NCBI GenBank assembly: GCA_963920595.1
Contig: OY986946.1
Location: forward strand, 3,100,001-3,164,000
Source: Eimeria praecox
Taxonomy: Eukaryota
DNA length: 64,000 bases
Direction: 5' to 3'
In this document: positions 27,153-39,503 of the stretch, piece after piece
Layout of the letters: each line of letters begins with the position of its first letter
Numbering within the stretch: the stretch's first letter is position 1
Made by a program: the position numbers and the translations under genes
Notes under the pieces: model-generated
Databases searched by the model: none
Seen by the model: only the letters and a program-made list of their open reading frames with translations
Told to the model about the DNA's origin: nothing

Positions 27153-28896
27153 CCGCAGACGACAGCAACTCGACAACTTTCAGCAAGGCAGAAAGGCGGC
27201 GTCTGCGAATGCGGCCTCATTCTTGACATGGAATGCGCGGCCGCACGCTTGCACAACAAAAACGGGGGCACCTGAATCGATGGCGACAGCCTGAAAGACA
27301 TTCCAAGAATTCTTCACGAATTCTCTAAGATTAACAGGTTAAGAATGATATCTTTAGTTGTAATTATCCACAAACTACAAGCGAGCGAATACTACGGAAG
27401 CCTCGAAGAGGCTCTGGAGAAGCTGTCAGGTGTTCTGGAGGAGTGGGGAGAACCGCCAGAAGAGACCCATGAAGGGTTGTCCTTATTGAGGTTCCCCCAC
27501 GACGTCTTGAAGGGAGTCATCACACATGCCTTGGGGGATTCGGGCGCAGGCGAAAGGTGAGAGGGCCGGCGCTACAAGCAGAATAGCGACATGGCAAGAG
27601 TACACAATAGTAGGTAAGTTCCGACGGGAAGCAGAGGAATGCGATATGCTAATTAAGCAGGCTTTGCTGCTAAACAACAACCGCGATAAGGAACATTTTA
27701 CACATTGAGAAGCATCTTCTTGAGAGGAAAGGGCAAGGGTTTCACAAGTCACAGCTTGCATGGGTGTGCCGAAAGTCAAACGTGCGACAAACATTAACGA
27801 AAAAATAATTCCCCGTTTGTCGTTTAACGCGGTGTTTGCCCTCAGATACAGGCCATGCTTCATCTCCCACGCTTGTCTCAACCAGCCGTTGGGGCCTTTG
27901 ATGTTCGACTTAATCTTTCCACTGAAGCTGCGTGAATGCGACAACAAGGAATACCCAAGTGTATTCACGAACACTGCAGGTTTGTGAGGCTTCCTCTCTG
28001 GATGCGTTGGCTGCTTTGTGAGTTGTAATGGCTTCTGTGGAGAGGGTTGAAAAAACAAGACACATAGCCCCATGTAAATCACGCTAGACGCCAGAAGGAA
28101 AAACAACTATGTTTTGTGTGCATCGTTCAAGAGAGCTGCTAGCCTCTGTGAAGCAAGTGACCGTTGAACGTCTCTGGCATTGCGAGTGTAGCATCAATGG
28201 ATCTCCACGTAACCTAGTCAGGATGCAGGCTCGTCGTGGCTAGCCAAACCATTGGGTAGAGGTGCCTGTGGGGATGATATTTGAAGTGCAACTCGTTGAA
28301 CTTACACAACGTTTGTATCGTTTCTGTACGCTTGTTTCTACAAAGCATCTGTACTGGTGTTTTTCACAGCTATGCAGAGGGAAGGGGTGGTTGCAGTGAC
28401 TTTGCACTACAATTACGGCTACAGTTGCACACCTGGCAGTCCCGCCATGCTCGTTGGGCCGCTCGTGTAGCAAGGTGCAGCATGGATTGTCCGGCTTTGG
28501 CGCATGTATTTCTACTGCCGTGCAGGATGTCCGCAAACATGGTATACCTGCAGGCTACCTATACGAAATCATGCTCCCTCTTTCCCTGCTGTAACTGTAA
28601 TGTGGGATGGCCATTTTTCCAGGAGGGCGCACTGGTGTTGCGAGACAACAGCAGAGCTTCGTAGCGCTTGAAGATGCGGTTTATCCCCCCTTTTTCAGCG
28701 TCTGCCTGCTTTCATCTAAGAGACAAGACCACTTCGTAACACAACCGCCAATAAATTTGCACACACGAACATGTACCCTCTGCCAAAGCTGCGCCTTACA
28801 GCTTAGCGTTTGAGGCCCTCTGCGTCGAAGGACAGAGCTGTACACAGTCGCGATGCTTCTAAATAGCGGGTATATTTTTAAGCTTGGAGGATAGAG

Positions 28897-28978
28897 CGAC
28901 GGCGGCAGGATTCGAACCTGCGCGGGCAGAGCCCAGTAGATTTCTAGTCTACCTCCTTAACCACTCGGACACACCGCC
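28897..28978 (-). tRNA. tRNA-Ser(AGA), array unit 3
   Basis: Same sequence as the unit 1 tRNA. Confidence 0.95.
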
Positions 28979-30722
28979 CCGCAGACGACAGCAACTCGAC
29001 AACTTTCAGCAAGGCAGAAAGGCGGCGTCTGCGAATGCGGCCTCATTCTTGACATGGAATGCGCGGCCGCACGCTTGCACAACAAAAACGGGGGCACCTG
29101 AATCGATGGCGACAGCCTGAAAGACATTCCAAGAATTCTTCACGAATTCTCTAAGATTAACAGGTTAAGAATGATATCTTTAGTTGTAATTATCCACAAA
29201 CTACAAGCGAGCGAATACTACGGAAGCCTCGAAGAGGCTCTGGAGAAGCTGTCAGGTGTTCTGGAGGAGTGGGGAGAACCGCCAGAAGAGACCCATGAAG
29301 GGTTGTCCTTATTGAGGTTCCCCCACGACGTCTTGAAGGGAGTCATCACACATGCCTTGGGGGATTCGGGCGCAGGCGAAAGGTGAGAGGGCCGGCGCTA
29401 CAAGCAGAATAGCGACATGGCAAGAGTACACAATAGTAGGTAAGTTCCGACGGGAAGCAGAGGAATGCGATATGCTAATTAAGCAGGCTTTGCTGCTAAA
29501 CAACAACCGCGATAAGGAACATTTTACACATTGAGAAGCATCTTCTTGAGAGGAAAGGGCAAGGGTTTCACAAGTCACAGCTTGCATGGGTGTGCCGAAA
29601 GTCAAACGTGCGACAAACATTAACGAAAAAATAATTCCCCGTTTGTCGTTTAACGCGGTGTTTGCCCTCAGATACAGGCCATGCTTCATCTCCCACGCTT
29701 GTCTTAACCAGCCGTTGGGGCCTTTGATGTTCGACTTAATCTTTCCACTGAAGCTGCGTGAATGCGACAACAAGGAATACCCAAGTGTATTCACGAACAC
29801 TGCAGGTTTGTGAGGCTTCCTCTCTGGATGCGTTGGCTGCTTTGTGAGTTGTAATGGCTTCTGTGGAGAGGGTTGAAAAAACAAGACACATAGCCCCATG
29901 TAAATCACGCTAGACGCCAGAAGGAAAAACAACTATGTTTTGTGTGCATCGTTCAAGAGAGCTGCTAGCCTCTGTGAAGCAAGTGACCGTTGAACGTCTC
30001 TGGCATTGCGAGTGTAGCATCAATGGGTCTCCACGTAACCTAGTCAGGATGCAGGCTCGTCGTGGCTAGCCAAACCATTGGGTAGAGGTGCCTGTGGGGA
30101 TGATATTTGAAGTGCAACTCGTTGAACTTACACAACGTTTGTATCGTTTCTGTACGCTTGTTTCTACAAAGCATCTGTACTGGTGTTTTTCACAGCTATG
30201 CAGAGGGAAGGGGTGGTTGCAGTGACTTTGCACTACAATTACGGCTACAGTTGCACACCTGGCAGTCCCGCCATGCTCGTTGGGCCGCTCGTGTAGCAAG
30301 GTGCAGCATGGATTGTCCGGCTTTGGCGCATGTATTTCTACTGCCGTGCAGGATGTCCGCAAACATGGTATACCTGCAGGCTACCTATACGAAATCATGC
30401 TCCCTCTTTCCCTGCTGTAACTGTAATGTGGGATGGCCATTTTTCCAGGAGGGCGCACTGGTGTTGCGAGACAACAGCAGAGCTTCGTAGCGCTTGAAGA
30501 TGCGGTTTATCCCCCCTTTTTCAGCGTCTGCCTGCTTTCATCTAAGAGACAAGACCACTTCGTAACACAACCGCCAATAAATTTGCACACACGAACATGT
30601 ACCCTCTGCCAAAGCTGCGCCTTACAGCTTAGCGTTTGAGGCCCTCTGCGTCGAAGGACAGAGCTGTACACAGTCGCGATGCTTCTAAATAGCGGGTATA
30701 TTTTTAAGCTTGGAGGATAGAG

Positions 30723-30804
30723 CGACGGCGGCAGGATTCGAACCTGCGCGGGCAGAGCCCAGTAGATTTCTAGTCTACCTCCTTAACCACTCGGACACAC
30801 CGCC
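30723..30804 (-). tRNA. tRNA-Ser(AGA), array unit 4
   Basis: Same sequence as the unit 1 tRNA. Confidence 0.95.
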
Positions 30805-32548
30805 CCGCAGACGACAGCAACTCGACAACTTTCAGCAAGGCAGAAAGGCGGCGTCTGCGAATGCGGCCTCATTCTTGACATGGAATGCGCGGCCGCACGC
30901 TTGCACAACAAAAACGGGGGCACCTGAATCGATGGCGACAGCCTGAAAGACATTCCAAGAATTCTTCACGAATTCTCTAAGATTAACAGGTTAAGAATGA
31001 TATCTTTAGTTGTAATTATCCACAAACTACAAGCGAGCGAATACTACGGAAGCCTCGAAGAGGCTCTGGAGAAGCTGTCAGGTGTTCTGGAGGAGTGGGG
31101 AGAACCGCCAGAAGAGACCCATGAAGGGTTGTCCTTATTGAGGTTCCCCCACGACGTCTTGAAGGGAGTCATCACACATGCCTTGGGGGATTCGGGCGCA
31201 GGCGAAAGGTGAGAGGGCCGGCGCTACAAGCAGAATAGCGACATGGCAAGAGTACACAATAGTAGGTAAGTTCCGACGGGAAGCAGAGGAATGCGATATG
31301 CTAATTAAGCAGGCTTTGCTGCTAAACAACAACCGCGATAAGGAACATTTTACACATTGAGAAGCATCTTCTTGAGAGGAAAGGGCAAGGGTTTCACAAG
31401 TCACAGCTTGCATGGGTGTGCCGAAAGTCAAACGTGCGACAAACATTAACGAAAAAATAATTCCCCGTTTGTCGTTTAACGCGGTGTTTGCCCTCAGATA
31501 CAGGCCATGCTTCATCTCCCACGCTTGTCTCAACCAGCCGTTGGGGCCTTTGATGTTCGACTTAATCTTTCCACTGAAGCTGCGTGAATGCGACAACAAG
31601 GAATACCCAAGTGTATTCACGAACACTGCAGGTTTGTGAGGCTTCCTCTCTGGATGCGTTGGCTGCTTTGTGAGTTGTAATGGCTTCTGTGGAGAGGGTT
31701 GAAAAAACAAGACACATAGCCCCATGTAAATCACGCTAGACGCCAGAAGGAAAAACAACTATGTTTTGTGTGCATCGTTCAAGAGAGCTGCTAGCCTCTG
31801 TGAAGCAAGTGACCGTTGAACGTCTCTGGCATTGCGAGTGTAGCATCAATGGATCTCCACGTAACCTAGTCAGGATGCAGGCTCGTCGTGGCTAGCCAAA
31901 CCATTGGGTAGAGGTGCCTGTGGGGATGATATTTGAAGTGCAACTCGTTGAACTTACACAACGTTTGTATCGTTTCTGTACGCTTGTTTCTACAAAGCAT
32001 CTGTACTGGTGTTTTTCACAGCTATGCATAGGGAAGGGGTGGTTGCAGTGACTTTGCACTACAATTACGGCTACAGTTGCACACCTGGCAGTCCCGCCAT
32101 GCTCGTTGGGCCGCTCGTGTAGCAAGGTGCAGCATGGATTGTCCGGCTTTGGCGCATGTATTTCTACTGCCGTGCAGGATGTCCGCAAACATGGTATACC
32201 TGCAGGCTACCTATACGAAATCATGCTCCCTCTTTCCCTGCTGTAACTGTAATGTGGGATGGCCATTTTTCCAGGAGGGCGCACTGGTGTTGCGAGACAA
32301 CAGCAGAGCTTCGTAGCGCTTGAAGATGCGGTTTATCCCCCCTTTTTCAGCGTCTGCCTGCTTTCATCTAAGAGACAAGACCACTTCGTAACACAACCGC
32401 CAATAAATTTGCACACACGAACATGTACCCTCTGCCAAAGCTGCGCCTTACAGCTTAGCGTTTGAGGCCCTCTGCGTCGAAGGACAGAGCTGTACACAGT
32501 CGCGATGCTTCTAAATAGCGGGTATATTTTTAAGCTTGGAGGATAGAG

Positions 32549-32630
32549 CGACGGCGGCAGGATTCGAACCTGCGCGGGCAGAGCCCAGTAGATTTCTAGT
32601 CTACCTCCTTAACCACTCGGACACACCGCC
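32549..32630 (-). tRNA. tRNA-Ser(AGA), array unit 5
   Basis: Same sequence as the unit 1 tRNA. Confidence 0.95.
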
Positions 32631-34374
32631 CCGCAGACGACAGCAACTCGACAACTTTCAGCAAGGCAGAAAGGCGGCGTCTGCGAATGCGGCCTCATTC
32701 TTGACATGGAATGCGCGGCCGCACGCTTGCACAACAAAAACGGGGGCACCTGAATCGATGGCGACAGCCTGAAAGACATTCCAAGAATTCTTCACGAATT
32801 CTCTAAGATTAACAGGTTAAGAATGATATCTTTAGTTGTAATTATCCACAAACTACAAGCGAGCGAATACTACGGAAGCCTCGAAGAGGCTCTGGAGAAG
32901 CTGTCAGGTGTTCTGGAGGAGTGGGGAGAACCGCCAGAAGAGACCCATGAAGGGTTGTCCTTATTGAGGTTCCCCCACGACGTCTTGAAGGGAGTCATCA
33001 CACATGCCTTGGGGGATTCGGGCGCAGGCGAAAGGTGAGAGGGCCGGCGCTACAAGCAGAATAGCGACATGGCAAGAGTACACAATAGTAGGTAAGTTCC
33101 GACGGGAAGCAGAGGAATGCGATATGCTAATTAAGCAGGCTTTGCTGCTAAACAACAACCGCGATAAGGAACATTTTACACATTGAGAAGCATCTTCTTG
33201 AGAGGAAAGGGCAAGGGTTTCACAAGTCACAGCTTGCATGGGTGTGCCGAAAGTCAAACGTGCGACAAACATTAACGAAAAAATAATTCCCCGTTTGTCG
33301 TTTAACGCGGTGTTTGCCCTCAGATACAGGCCATGCTTCATCTCCCACGCTTGTCTCAACCAGCCGTTGGGGCCTTTGATGTTCGACTTAATCTTTCCAC
33401 TGAAGCTGCGTGAATGCGACAACAAGGAATACCCAAGTGTATTCACGAACACTGCAGGTTTGTGAGGCTTCCTCTCTGGATGCGTTGGCTGCTTTGTGAG
33501 TTGTAATGGCTTCTGTGGAGAGGGTTGAAAAAACAAGACACATAGCCCCATGTAAATCACGCTAGACGCCAGAAGGAAAAACAACTATGTTTTGTGTGCA
33601 TCGTTCAAGAGAGCTGCTAGCCTCTGTGAAGCAAGTGACCGTTGAACGTCTCTGGCATTGCGAGTGTAGCATCAATGGATCTCCACGTAACCTAGTCAGG
33701 ATGCAGGCTCGTCGTGGCTAGCCAAACCATTGGGTAGAGGTGCCTGTGGGGATGATATTTGAAGTGCAACTCGTTGAACTTACACAACGTTTGTATCGTT
33801 TCTGTACGCTTGTTTCTACAAAGCATCTGTACTGGTGTTTTTCACAGCTATGCATAGGGAAGGGGTGGTTGCAGTGACTTTGCACTACAATTACGGCTAC
33901 AGTTGCACACCTGGCAGTCCCGCCATGCTCGTTGGGCCGCTCGTGTAGCAAGGTGCAGCATGGATTGTCCGGCTTTGGCGCATGTATTTCTACTGCCGTG
34001 CAGGATGTCCGCAAACATGGTATACCTGCAGGCTACCTATACGAAATCATGCTCCCTCTTTCCCTGCTGTAACTGTAATGTGGGATGGCCATTTTTCCAG
34101 GAGGGCGCACTGGTGTTGCGAGACAACAGCAGAGCTTCGTAGCGCTTGAAGATGCGGTTTATCCCCCCTTTTTCAGCGTCTGCCTGCTTTCATCTAAGAG
34201 ACAAGACCACTTCGTAACACAACCGCCAATAAATTTGCACACACGAACATGTACCCTCTGCCAAAGCTGCGCCTTACAGCTTAGCGTTTGAGGCCCTCTG
34301 CGTCGAAGGACAGAGCTGTACACAGTCGCGATGCTTCTAAATAGCGGGTATATTTTTAAGCTTGGAGGATAGAG

Positions 34375-34456
34375 CGACGGCGGCAGGATTCGAACCTGCG
34401 CGGGCAGAGCCCAGTAGATTTCTAGTCTACCTCCTTAACCACTCGGACACACCGCC
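34375..34456 (-). tRNA. tRNA-Ser(AGA), array unit 6
   Basis: Same sequence as the unit 1 tRNA. Confidence 0.95.
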
Positions 34457-36200
34457 CCGCAGACGACAGCAACTCGACAACTTTCAGCAAGGCAGAAAGG
34501 CGGCGTCTGCGAATGCGGCCTCATTCTTGACATGGAATGCGCGGCCGCACGCTTGCACAACAAAAACGGGGGCACCTGAATCGATGGCGACAGCCTGAAA
34601 GACATTCCAAGAATTCTTCACGAATTCTCTAAGATTAACAGGTTAAGAATGATATCTTTAGTTGTAATTATCCACAAACTACAAGCGAGCGAATACTACG
34701 GAAGCCTCGAAGAGGCTCTGGAGAAGCTGTCAGGTGTTCTGGAGGAGTGGGGAGAACCGCCAGAAGAGACCCATGAAGGGTTGTCCTTATTGAGGTTCCC
34801 CCACGACGTCTTGAAGGGAGTCATCACACATGCCTTGGGGGATTCGGGCGCAGGCGAAAGGTGAGAGGGCCGGCGCTACAAGCAGAATAGCGACATGGCA
34901 AGAGTACACAATAGTAGGTAAGTTCCGACGGGAAGCAGAGGAATGCGATATGCTAATTAAGCAGGCTTTGCTGCTAAACAACAACCGCGATAAGGAACAT
35001 TTTACACATTGAGAAGCATCTTCTTGAGAGGAAAGGGCAAGGGTTTCACAAGTCACAGCTTGCATGGGTGTGCCGAAAGTCAAACGTGCGACAAACATTA
35101 ACGAAAAAATAATTCCCCGTTTGTCGTTTAACGCGGTGTTTGCCCTCAGATACAGGCCATGCTTCATCTCCCACGCTTGTCTCAACCAGCCGTTGGGGCC
35201 TTTGATGTTCGACTTAATCTTTCCACTGAAGCTGCGTGAATGCGACAACAAGGAATACCCAAGTGTATTCACGAACACTGCAGGTTTGTGAGGCTTCCTC
35301 TCTGGATGCGTTGGCTGCTTTGTGAGTTGTAATGGCTTCTGTGGAGAGGGTTGAAAAAACAAGACACATAGCCCCATGTAAATCACGCTAGACGCCAGAA
35401 GGAAAAACAACTATGTTTTGTGTGCATCGTTCAAGAGAGCTGCTAGCCTCTGTGAAGCAAGTGACCGTTGAACGTCTCTGGCATTGCGAGTGTAGCATCA
35501 ATGGATCTCCACGTAACCTAGTCAGGATGCAGGCTCGTCGTGGCTAGCCAAACCATTGGGTAGAGGTGCCTGTGGGGATGATATTTGAAGTGCAACTCGT
35601 TGAACTTACACAACGTTTGTATCGTTTCTGTACGCTTGTTTCTACAAAGCATCTGTACTGGTGTTTTTCACAGCTATGCATAGGGAAGGGGTGGTTGCAG
35701 TGACTTTGCACTACAATTACGGCTACAGTTGCACACCTGGCAGTCCCGCCATGCTCGTTGGGCCGCTCGTGTAGCAAGGTGCAGCATGGATTGTCCGGCT
35801 TTGGCGCATGTATTTCTACTGCCGTGCAGGATGTCCACAAACACGGTATACCTGCAGGCTACCTATACGAAATCATGCTCCCTCTTTCCCTGCTGTAACT
35901 GTAATGTGGGATGGCCATTTTTCCAGGAGGGCGCACTGGTGTTGCGAGACAACAGCAGAGCTTCGTAGCGCTTGAAGATGCGGTTTATCCCCCCTTTTTC
36001 AGCGTCTGCCTGCTTTCATCTAAGAGACAAGACCACTTCGTAACACAACCGCCAATAAATTTGCACACACGAACATGTACCCTCTGCCAAAGCTGCGCCT
36101 TACAGCTTAGCGTTTGAGGCCCTCTGCGTCGAAGGACAGAGCTGTACACAGTCGCGATGCTTCTAAATAGCGGGTATATTTTTAAGCTTGGAGGATAGAG

Positions 36201-36282
36201 CGACGGCGGCAGGATTCGAACCTGCGCGGGCAGAGCCCAGTAGATTTCTAGTCTACCTCCTTAACCACTCGGACACACCGCC
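36201..36282 (-). tRNA. tRNA-Ser(AGA), array unit 7
   Basis: Same sequence as the unit 1 tRNA. Confidence 0.95.
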
Positions 36283-38026
36283 CCGCAGAAGACAGCAACT
36301 CGACAACTTTCAGCAAGGCAGAAAGGCGGCATCTGCGAATGCGGCCTCATTCTTGACATGGAATGCGCGGCCGCACGCTTGCACAACAAAAACGGGGGCA
36401 CCTGAATCGATGGCGACAGCCTGAAAGACATTCCAAGAATTCTTCACGAATTCTCTAAGATTAACAGGTTAAGAATGATATCTTTAGTTGTAATTATCCA
36501 CAAACTACAAGCGAGCGAATACTACGGAAGCCTCGAAGAGGCTCTGGAGAAGCTGTCAGGTGTTCTGGAGGAGTGGGGAGAACCGCCAGAAGAGACCCAT
36601 GAAGGGTTGTCCTTATTGAGGTTCCCCCACGACGTCTTGAAGGGAGTCATCACACATGCCTTGGGGGATTCGGGCGCAGGCGAAAGGTGAGAGGGCCGGC
36701 GCTACAAGCAGAATAGCGACATGGCAAGAGTACACAATAGTAGGTAAGTTCCGACGGGAAGCAGAGGAATGCGATGTGCTAATTAAGCAGGCTTTGCTGC
36801 TAAACGACAACCGCGATAAGGAACATTTTACACATTGAGAAGCATCTTCTTGAGAGGAAAGGGCAAGGGTTTCACAAGTCACAGCTTGCATGGGTGTGCC
36901 GGAAGTCAAACGTGCGACAAACATTAACGAAAAAATAATTCCCCGTTTGTCGTTTAACGCGGTGTTTGCCCTCAGATACAGGCCATGCTTCATCTCCCAC
37001 GCTTGTCTCAACCAGCCGTTGGGGCCTTTGATGTTCGACTTAATCTTTCCACTGAAGCTGCGTGAATGCGACAACAAGGAATACCCAAGTGTATTCACGA
37101 ACACTGCAGGTTTGTGAGGCTTCCTCTCTGGATGCGTTGGCTGCTTTGTGAGTTGTAATGGCTTCTGTGGAGAGGGTTGAAAAAACAAGACACATAGCCC
37201 CATGTAAATCACGCTAGACGCCAGAAGGAAAAACAACTATGTTTTGTGTGCATCGTTCAAGAGAGCTGCTAGCCTCTGTGAAGCAAGTGACCGTTGAACG
37301 TCTCTGGCATTGCGAGTGTAGCATCAATGGATCTCCACGTAACCTAGTCAGGATGCAGGCTCGTCGTGGCTAGCCAAACCATTGGGTAGAGGTGCCTGTG
37401 GGGATGATATTTGAAGTGCAACTCGTTGAACTTACACAACGTTTGTATCGTTTCTGTACGCTTGTTTCTACAAAGCATCTGTACTGGTGTTTTTCACAGC
37501 TATGCAGAGGGAAGGGGTGGTTGCAGTGACTTTGCACTACAATTACGGCTACAGTTGCACACCTGGCAGTCCCGCCATGCTCGTTGGGCCGCTCGTGTAG
37601 CAAGGTGCAGCATGGATTGTCCGGCTTTGGCGCATGTATTTCTACTGCCGTGCAGGATGTCCACAAACACGGTATACCTGCAGGCTACCTATACGAAATC
37701 ATGCTCCCTCTTTCCCTGCTGTAACTGTAATGTGGGATGGCCATTTTTCCAGGAGGGCGCACTGGTGTTGCGAGACAACAGCAGAGCTTCGTAGCGCTTG
37801 AAGATGCGGTTTATCCCCCTTTTTTCAGCGTCTGCCTGCTTTCATCTAAGAGACAAGACCACTTCGTAACACAACCGCCAATAAATTTGCACACACGAAC
37901 ATGTACCCTCTGCCAAAGCTGCGCCTTACAGCTTAGCGTTTGAGGCCCTCTGCGTCGAAGGACAGAGCTGTACACAGCCGCGATGCTTCTAAATAGCGGG
38001 TATATTTTTAAGCTTGGAGGATAGAG

Positions 38027-38108
38027 CGACGGCGGCAGGATTCGAACCTGCGCGGGCAGAGCCCAGTAGATTTCAAGTCTACCTCCTTAACCACTCGGAC
38101 ACACCGCC
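38027..38108 (-). tRNA. tRNA-Ser(TGA), array unit 8
   Basis: Same body, but the anticodon loop is CTTGAAA (plus strand tttcaag instead of tttctag). Confidence 0.95.
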
Positions 38109-39421
38109 CCGCAGACGACAGCAACTCGACAACTTTCAGCAAGGCAGAAAGGCGGCGTCTGCGAATGCGGCCTCATTCTTGACATGGAATGCGCGGCCGC
38201 ACGCTTGCACAACAAAAACGGGGGCACCTGAATCGATGGCGACAGCCTGAAAGACATTCCAAGAATTCTTCACGAATTCTCTAAGATTAACAGGTTAAGA
38301 ATGATATCTTTAGTTGTAATTATCCACAAACTACAAGCGAGCGAATACTACGGAAGCCTCGAAGAGGCTCTGGAGAAGCTGTCAGGTGTTCTGGAGGAGT
38401 GGGGAGAACCGCCAGAAGAGACCCATGAAGGGTTGTCCTTATTGAGGTTCCCCCACGACGTCTTGAAGGGAGTCATCACACATGCCTTGGGGGATTCGGA
38501 CTCAGGCGAAAGGTGAGAGGGCCGGCGCTACAAGCAGAATAGCGACATGGCAAGAGTACACAATAGTAGGTAAGTTCCGACGGGAAGCAGAGGAATGCGA
38601 TATGCTAATTAAGCAGGCTTTGCTGCTAAACAACAACCGCGATAAGGAACATTTTACACATTGAGAAGCATTTTCTTGAGAGGAAAGGGCAAGGGTTTCA
38701 CAAGTCACAGCTTGCATGGGTGTGCCGAAAGTCAAACATGCGACAAACATTAACGAAAAAATAATTCCCCGTTTGTCGTTTAACGCGGTGTTTGCCCTCA
38801 GATACAGGCCATGCTTCATCTCCCACGCTTGTCTCAACCAGCCGTTGGGGCCTTTGATGTTCGACTTAATCTTTCCACTGAAGCTGCGTGAATGCGACAA
38901 CAAGGAATACCCAAGTGTATTCACGAACACTGCAGGTTTGTGAGGCTTCCTCTCTGGATGCGTTGGCTGCTTTGTGAGTTGTAATGGCTTCTGTGGAGAG
39001 GGTTGAAAAAACAAGACACATAGCCCCATGTAAATCACGCTAGACGCCAGAAGGAAAAACAACTATGTTTTGTGTGCATCGTTCAAGAGAGCTGCTAGCC
39101 TCTGTGAAGCAAGTGACCGTTGAACGTCTCTGGCATTGCGAGTGTAGCATCAATGGATCTCCACGTAACCTAGTCAGGATGCAGGCTCGTCGTGGCTAGC
39201 CAAACCATTGGGTAGAGGTGCCTGTGGGGATGATATTTGAAGTGCAACTCGTTGAACTTACACAACGTTTGTATCGTTTCTGTACGCTTGTTTCTACAAA
39301 GCATCTGTACTGGTGTTTTTCACAGCTATGCATAGGGAAGGGGCGGTTGCAGTGACTTTGCACTACAATTACGGCTACAGTTACACACCTGGCAGTCTCG
39401 CCGAATTGCGGTTGTCGGCGG

Positions 39422-39503
39422 GGCGGTGTGTCCGAGTGGTTAAGGAGGTAGACTTGAAATCTACTGGGCTCTGCCCGCGCAGGTTCAAACCCTGCCGCCG
39501 TCG
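39422..39503 (+). tRNA. tRNA-Ser(TGA), inverted copy at the right edge of the array
   Basis: GGCGGTGTGTCCGAGTGGTTAAGGAGGTAGACTTGAAATCTAC...GCAGGTTCAAACCCTGCCGCCGTCG. The T-loop variant is TTCAAAC and the stems are intact. Confidence 0.9.

Larger units (their letters stand above)
24879..39397. repeat. Tandem array of about 7.95 near-identical 1826-bp units, each carrying one tRNA-Ser gene
   Basis: Identical ORFs recur at exact 1826-bp spacing (25232, 27058, 28884, 30710, 32536, 34362, 36188, 38014), with only scattered SNPs. Confidence 0.98.

Noticed and set aside
24879..39397. Repeated 60-207 aa ORFs in the array as protein genes, or the array as CRISPR
   Set aside because: The ORFs have no recognisable domains, mostly use non-ATG starts and overlap the tRNA. 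Units are 1.8 kb with no unique spacers and no cas genes.
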